From Methanoregula sp. (lineage in GTDB: Archaea > Halobacteriota > Methanomicrobia > Methanomicrobiales > Methanospirillaceae), in assembly GCF_049510175.1 (NCBI RefSeq), contig NZ_JBEKZF010000003.1, positions 149,195 to 213,194 of the forward strand: a stretch of 64,000 nucleotides of DNA, read 5' to 3'. Both the position numbers and the translations under genes were made by a program. Under the pieces are notes generated by a model. It searched no databases. It was not told the origin of the DNA and was given only the letters and a program-made list of their open reading frames with translations. Positions 60,326 to 64,000 of this stretch are shown here, in pieces; positions within the stretch are counted from its first letter, which is position 1; each line of letters begins with the position of its first letter.

Positions 60326-61024
60326 ATGAAGCACGAGATTATTGGCAATAACCTGCAGATGGTAAAGATTGATCTCCAGCCGGGGGAAGGGATCTTTGCG
60401 GAGGCCGGCTCGATGGTGAACATGACCGGAACATTTACGATGGAGAGCCAGCTGAAAGGGGGCATCATCTCCGGCCTGAAACGCGCCGTGACCGGCGAGA
60501 GCGTGTTCCTGACCCGGTTCACTGCGGGCGACCATACCGGGTTCGTCTCCTTTGCCGGTACCATGCCCGGCAAGATCTTTCCGGTGATGGTTGGCCCGGA
60601 CAAGGAGTTCATTGCGCGGAAAGAGTCGTTCCTCTGCTGCGATGAGGGCGTGGAGCTGGATATCGCTGTTACGGACAGGATCCGGGCAGGGCTGTTCGGC
60701 GGGGAGGGGTTCATCCTCCAGTGCATAGCAGGGCAGGGAACCGCCTTTCTCCACTGCTGCGGGGACATCATCGAGATGACCCTGGAGCCCGGGGAGGTCG
60801 TGAAAGTGCAGACCGGGCTGGTCGTCGGGTTCGACCACACGGTGAGCTACGATATCACGCTTGCCGGGGGAATCACGACGGCACTCCTGGGAGGGGAAGG
60901 GCTGTTTGTCACCACCCTCACCGGCCCGGGAAAAGTCGTACTCCAGTCCATGGATATCGCAAAACTCGCCGCTTCCCTCATCCCCTACCTGCCCAAGCCG
61001 GAAGTGAAGGTCAAGTCGGTCTGA
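60326..61024 (+). CDS. TIGR00266/AIM24 family protein
   Basis: AEAGSM, GESVFL, GLFGGEGFILQ, GGEGLF, GPGKV.LQS. Confidence 0.92.
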   Translation: MKHEIIGNNLQMVKIDLQPGEGIFAEAGSMVNMTGTFTMESQLKGGIISGLKRAVTGESVFLTRFTAGDHTGFVSFAGTMPGKIFPVMVGPDKEFIARKESFLCCDEGVELDIAVTDRIRAGLFGGEGFILQCIAGQGTAFLHCCGDIIEMTLEPGEVVKVQTGLVVGFDHTVSYDITLAGGITTALLGGEGLFVTTLTGPGKVVLQSMDIAKLAASLIPYLPKPEVKVKSV

Positions 61025-61032
61025 ATACCAGA

Positions 61033-61734
61033 TTATTTATTCCAGCCCAGTTTTTCCGTCAGGTATCTGGTCTCGTCCTGCGCTTTTGCCCCCGGGCTGC
61101 GTGGCTGGACAACGAGAGTGATCGCATTTTTCAGGAAGATATTCCTCCCTTTTTCTTTGCAGAGGACATAATTGCCGTTGAACCGGTTAAGGGCCCTGAC
61201 AAACGCATCAAGGATCTTTTTCCTGCTTTTGAGATCGCTTTTTTTGAGTTTCATCAGGTGCTCGAAGATGGAGACATCGATGAGCGTACTCGCCATCCAG
61301 CCAATCTCGCAGGTATAGCCGAAGATCCATGCGATATGGGAATTTTTTGTTGTCGAGATGAAATCGTCGATGTTATTGCCCACGCTGCAGGAGCCGATCA
61401 GCACGCCTTCGATATTGGAGTAGTTTGCCGCACTCTTCACTACCTTGAACATGGCCGGCAGTTTCATGCCGGTCTTCGCTTTTAAGCCCCCAATCCGTTT
61501 TCCGGTGCCGTGAGCGGCGACATAGAGGAAGAGACGGTCTTCCCGCGTGTTGGTCAGGTCGTCCTCGAGGGCCCTGCGGAAGCCGATCTTTTCGTAAAAG
61601 TTCGCGTAATAGATATTGAAATCGCCCCGAAAATTTTCAAGGCCTTCGAGGAACAGGAGGACCGAGGGGCGTTTCGGTTTTTGTTCCGGGGTCCACCAGA
61701 GGCCTTCGATAACGAGGAGTGCTGTGCTTGACAT
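61033..61734 (-). CDS. Caspase/CHAT-fold protein (DUF6642-like)
   Basis: LYVAAHG and LIGSC putative His-Cys dyad; FGY...GW..S motif. Confidence 0.6.
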   Translation of the reverse strand: MSSTALLVIEGLWWTPEQKPKRPSVLLFLEGLENFRGDFNIYYANFYEKIGFRRALEDDLTNTREDRLFLYVAAHGTGKRIGGLKAKTGMKLPAMFKVVKSAANYSNIEGVLIGSCSVGNNIDDFISTTKNSHIAWIFGYTCEIGWMASTLIDVSIFEHLMKLKKSDLKSRKKILDAFVRALNRFNGNYVLCKEKGRNIFLKNAITLVVQPRSPGAKAQDETRYLTEKLGWNK

Positions 61735-61906
61735 GGTACCACACGAGAAACTTCAGGACACTGCTTACAGGAGGAGAATGTGCCGGTACTGAATAACCTT
61801 TTTGGCCGGCCAACGCACAAACCATAAATCCCGGCAGGGATGAACCTCTTTATCCACTCCTCTGTTGAGGGACGGAGAACATTGCCCTTAAACCCTGCAG
61901 GTTTCC

Positions 61907-62260
61907 ATGACTGACCAGAGTGCCGGAGATACGCCGGAAAAAGAGTATTGCCTATCCGATGGGGCGGTTGACGACGGGGACGCGTTCAGCTCAGAAGTGC
62001 CGGTCGGCATGACGCTTGAGAGCATCATCAGCCTGACCGGCGAACTTGAGCACCTGAACGAACTGGTCATGCTCCATCTTGAGAGATCCGGCGGATTTAC
62101 CTGCACCGCATCCTATTTTACCCTCGTGACCCCCGTTCTCGATATGCTCGAAGCAGAGATCCGTTTCCGGTACCACGACGGCATGTCCCGGGACCGGATG
62201 AAACTCGTAGTCCAGGACTGGATTGATAAGGAAATTGCGGACCTGCAGCATGGCCGCTGA
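61907..62260 (+). CDS. Hypothetical protein
   Basis: Clean 117-aa ORF filling the intergenic gap; acidic, helical. Confidence 0.65.
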   Translation: MTDQSAGDTPEKEYCLSDGAVDDGDAFSSEVPVGMTLESIISLTGELEHLNELVMLHLERSGGFTCTASYFTLVTPVLDMLEAEIRFRYHDGMSRDRMKLVVQDWIDKEIADLQHGR

Positions 62261-62285
62261 TGGTGAGGAGGGGAAAACCGGGTGA

Positions 62286-63491
62286 TCAGATGATCCCGGT
62301 TACCCATGCCCCCATATTGTGGATACCGGTGGATATGACAACCACCGGGTCAATCCCGAGGACCGGGAAGACGAAGATGAAATACAGGACGGTCCCAATC
62401 AGGCTCCCGAGATTCCCGAGCGCTGCGACGAGCACGACCTTGAAGAGGGGGATCCTGGCCATCTCCGAGAGGGATTCTGTCTGGTAGATCTTCCGGAAGT
62501 CCGAGATGGGGGGCTTGCGCACCCGCGCTTCCACGTACGCACCGATCCACCCGGCATGGAGCATCGGGTTGAGGGAGGTCATCCATGCCACCCCGAAACA
62601 GGTCGCTGCCGAGTACGGGTGGCCGCCGGCCAGCAGGACGAAAAACGCGGAAATCGCTCCGTGGATGACCACCCAGAAGAGGAAGGCATAGAGGAGGACA
62701 GTCCACCCGACCCCTGAGAACGCGATGGCGGCGAGCAGGAAGAAGAAGAGGAACGTCACGATAAAGCCGAATACCTTTGCCCAGGGGAAGGGTTTTGGCT
62801 CCCGGGTGAGCGCATCGAAGGGAGGGAGGGTGGCGGGATTCTCAAGGAATGCCGAGATACCCTTCCGGTGACCGGCACCGATGACCGCGAGGATCTTTCC
62901 TTCAGGACGCTGGGCCTTGAGGAGGACGAGCTGGTGTGCGATGAAGGCGTCCCGTTCATCGATGAGCGCCCGCGATCCATTGGGGGAGAACCTGCGGAAC
63001 TCCTCCATGACCACGTCGATCACGTCCTGGTCCTTGAGCGCCTCGATATCGATCTCCTCCCCGCTGTCGATCTCTACGATGGAGACGATCAGGGCCCAGA
63101 ACATCCTGATCTTTTCAAAAAAACCCAGGGAGTTCCAGAACCGCAGGAGCGTAACCCGGATATCCCGGTCTACGAGGCCTATCGGTATGCCCCGCTTGTC
63201 GGCTTCTTCGATCGCGGCCTTCATCTCTGCGCCGGGTTCAACGCCCACGTCGAACCCGATCTTGCGCTGGAGGTAGGCCAGGAGCCACTGGACGAGAAGG
63301 GTGTTGAAATTCTTGATCTCAAGCACGTCGTCGACGGTTGGGTCGCGTGCCAGTTTTTTTAATGCGGCAAAACGTGAAGGGTCAAGTTCTATTGCTATAA
63401 CGTCCGGTTGATATTCATCGATTGCGGTCCTGACCTCGTCCACGCTTGATTGGGAGACGTGTGCGGTACCGATTATTTTGATCTCTGCCAT
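62286..63491 (-). CDS. TraB/PrgY-family protein
   Basis: IGTAHVS, IELD..R, PGAEM, DRDI, LIDERD, GAGH and C-terminal TM segments. Confidence 0.92.
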   Translation of the reverse strand: MAEIKIIGTAHVSQSSVDEVRTAIDEYQPDVIAIELDPSRFAALKKLARDPTVDDVLEIKNFNTLLVQWLLAYLQRKIGFDVGVEPGAEMKAAIEEADKRGIPIGLVDRDIRVTLLRFWNSLGFFEKIRMFWALIVSIVEIDSGEEIDIEALKDQDVIDVVMEEFRRFSPNGSRALIDERDAFIAHQLVLLKAQRPEGKILAVIGAGHRKGISAFLENPATLPPFDALTREPKPFPWAKVFGFIVTFLFFFLLAAIAFSGVGWTVLLYAFLFWVVIHGAISAFFVLLAGGHPYSAATCFGVAWMTSLNPMLHAGWIGAYVEARVRKPPISDFRKIYQTESLSEMARIPLFKVVLVAALGNLGSLIGTVLYFIFVFPVLGIDPVVVISTGIHNMGAWVTGII

Positions 63492-63968
63492 TCATCACCG
63501 TTGTTCCCCAAGTATTGGCGCTGCAGGGTCATTAAGGGGTGGGGGGTACTGTGCATTTTTCCGGTTGGGGTTGTGGTCGCGATAAGGATGCGCAACCGCG
63601 ATTGACCGTTCAAGATATCGAAATCGTGCAGTTAAGGGTAACCACGACGTGCAGGCAATCCGTGCTTTTCTCCCGCCATGTTCTGTATGGATACATAATT
63701 AATGAGGATCACTTGTGTATACCTATGAATTACTTTAAATAACTTTAAATAAAAATTCTTTTTTATATGGGGAACAAAATTATCTGTGAATTGTCAGGAA
63801 TTTCGATTTTCGGGTTAAATCTCTTTACGATACATTGATATTATAAATACTAAATTTACCTTTGATTAATAACCTTTATGATATAGCGATATGAGTATTC
63901 ACTCAGTGCTGGTGCGGTAATTGTGGATCGTCATAGAGGATCCGTCTGGGCTGGCATTGTGAGGGTGG

Positions 63969-64000
63969 ATGCAAATGCCGATGAAAAAAATAGTACCGGA
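63969..64000 (+). CDS. Start of a CDS truncated by the window edge (MQMPMKKIVP...)
   Basis: GAGG SD, three in-frame ATGs, after an AT-rich promoter region. Confidence 0.35.
   Translation, partial: MQMPMKKIVP

Noticed and set aside
63732-63751. Direct repeat ACTTTAAATA x2
   Set aside because: Short, in an AT-rich promoter; expected by chance or a simple TATA duplication
1-64000. rRNA, tRNA, transposase or integrase genes
   Set aside because: No conserved signatures seen by eye; tRNAscan-SE, Infernal and ISEScan would be needed to exclude them formally

Overview
GC-rich (AT-rich intergenic) archaeal chromosomal segment. By gene content and style it comes from a hydrogenotrophic methanogen of the Methanomicrobiales, Methanoregula-like (inference). 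About 60 genes. Housekeeping and repair: RecJ-like DHH nuclease, RNase Z, ThiC, CDC48, LSm, a TFE-beta-like factor, mutS-mutL-mutY-like, and a cbiTLFGHCDE cobalamin operon. Three FBP-metabolising enzymes sit in a row. The strongest candidate system is a tightly packed operon at 29.8-37.8 kb: bacterial-type acetyl-CoA synthase, CFeSP small and large subunits, AcsV activator, MesB-like core methionine synthase and CooC. It has no CO dehydrogenase and no AcsE, resembling the incomplete Wood-Ljungdahl module of Dehalococcoides. The second is a coupled operon of small ORF, RLAN protein, RimK-type ATP-grasp, YkgJ, GCS2 ligase and ADP-forming acyl-CoA ligase. It lies between a pseudo-receiver-PAS-PAS diadenylate cyclase and an HTH-CBS regulator. 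Also found: an apparently orphan Cas6, a CARF-like-wHTH regulator, a caspase-fold protein, a 2H/metallophosphoesterase fusion, a ParA remnant, a frameshifted Hsp20, a 33-aa unlisted membrane protein, a 41-bp tandem repeat with co-varying hairpins, and a dispersed two-hairpin intergenic element. I saw no rRNA, tRNA, CRISPR array or transposase. All family calls come from motif recognition by eye, not from database searches.
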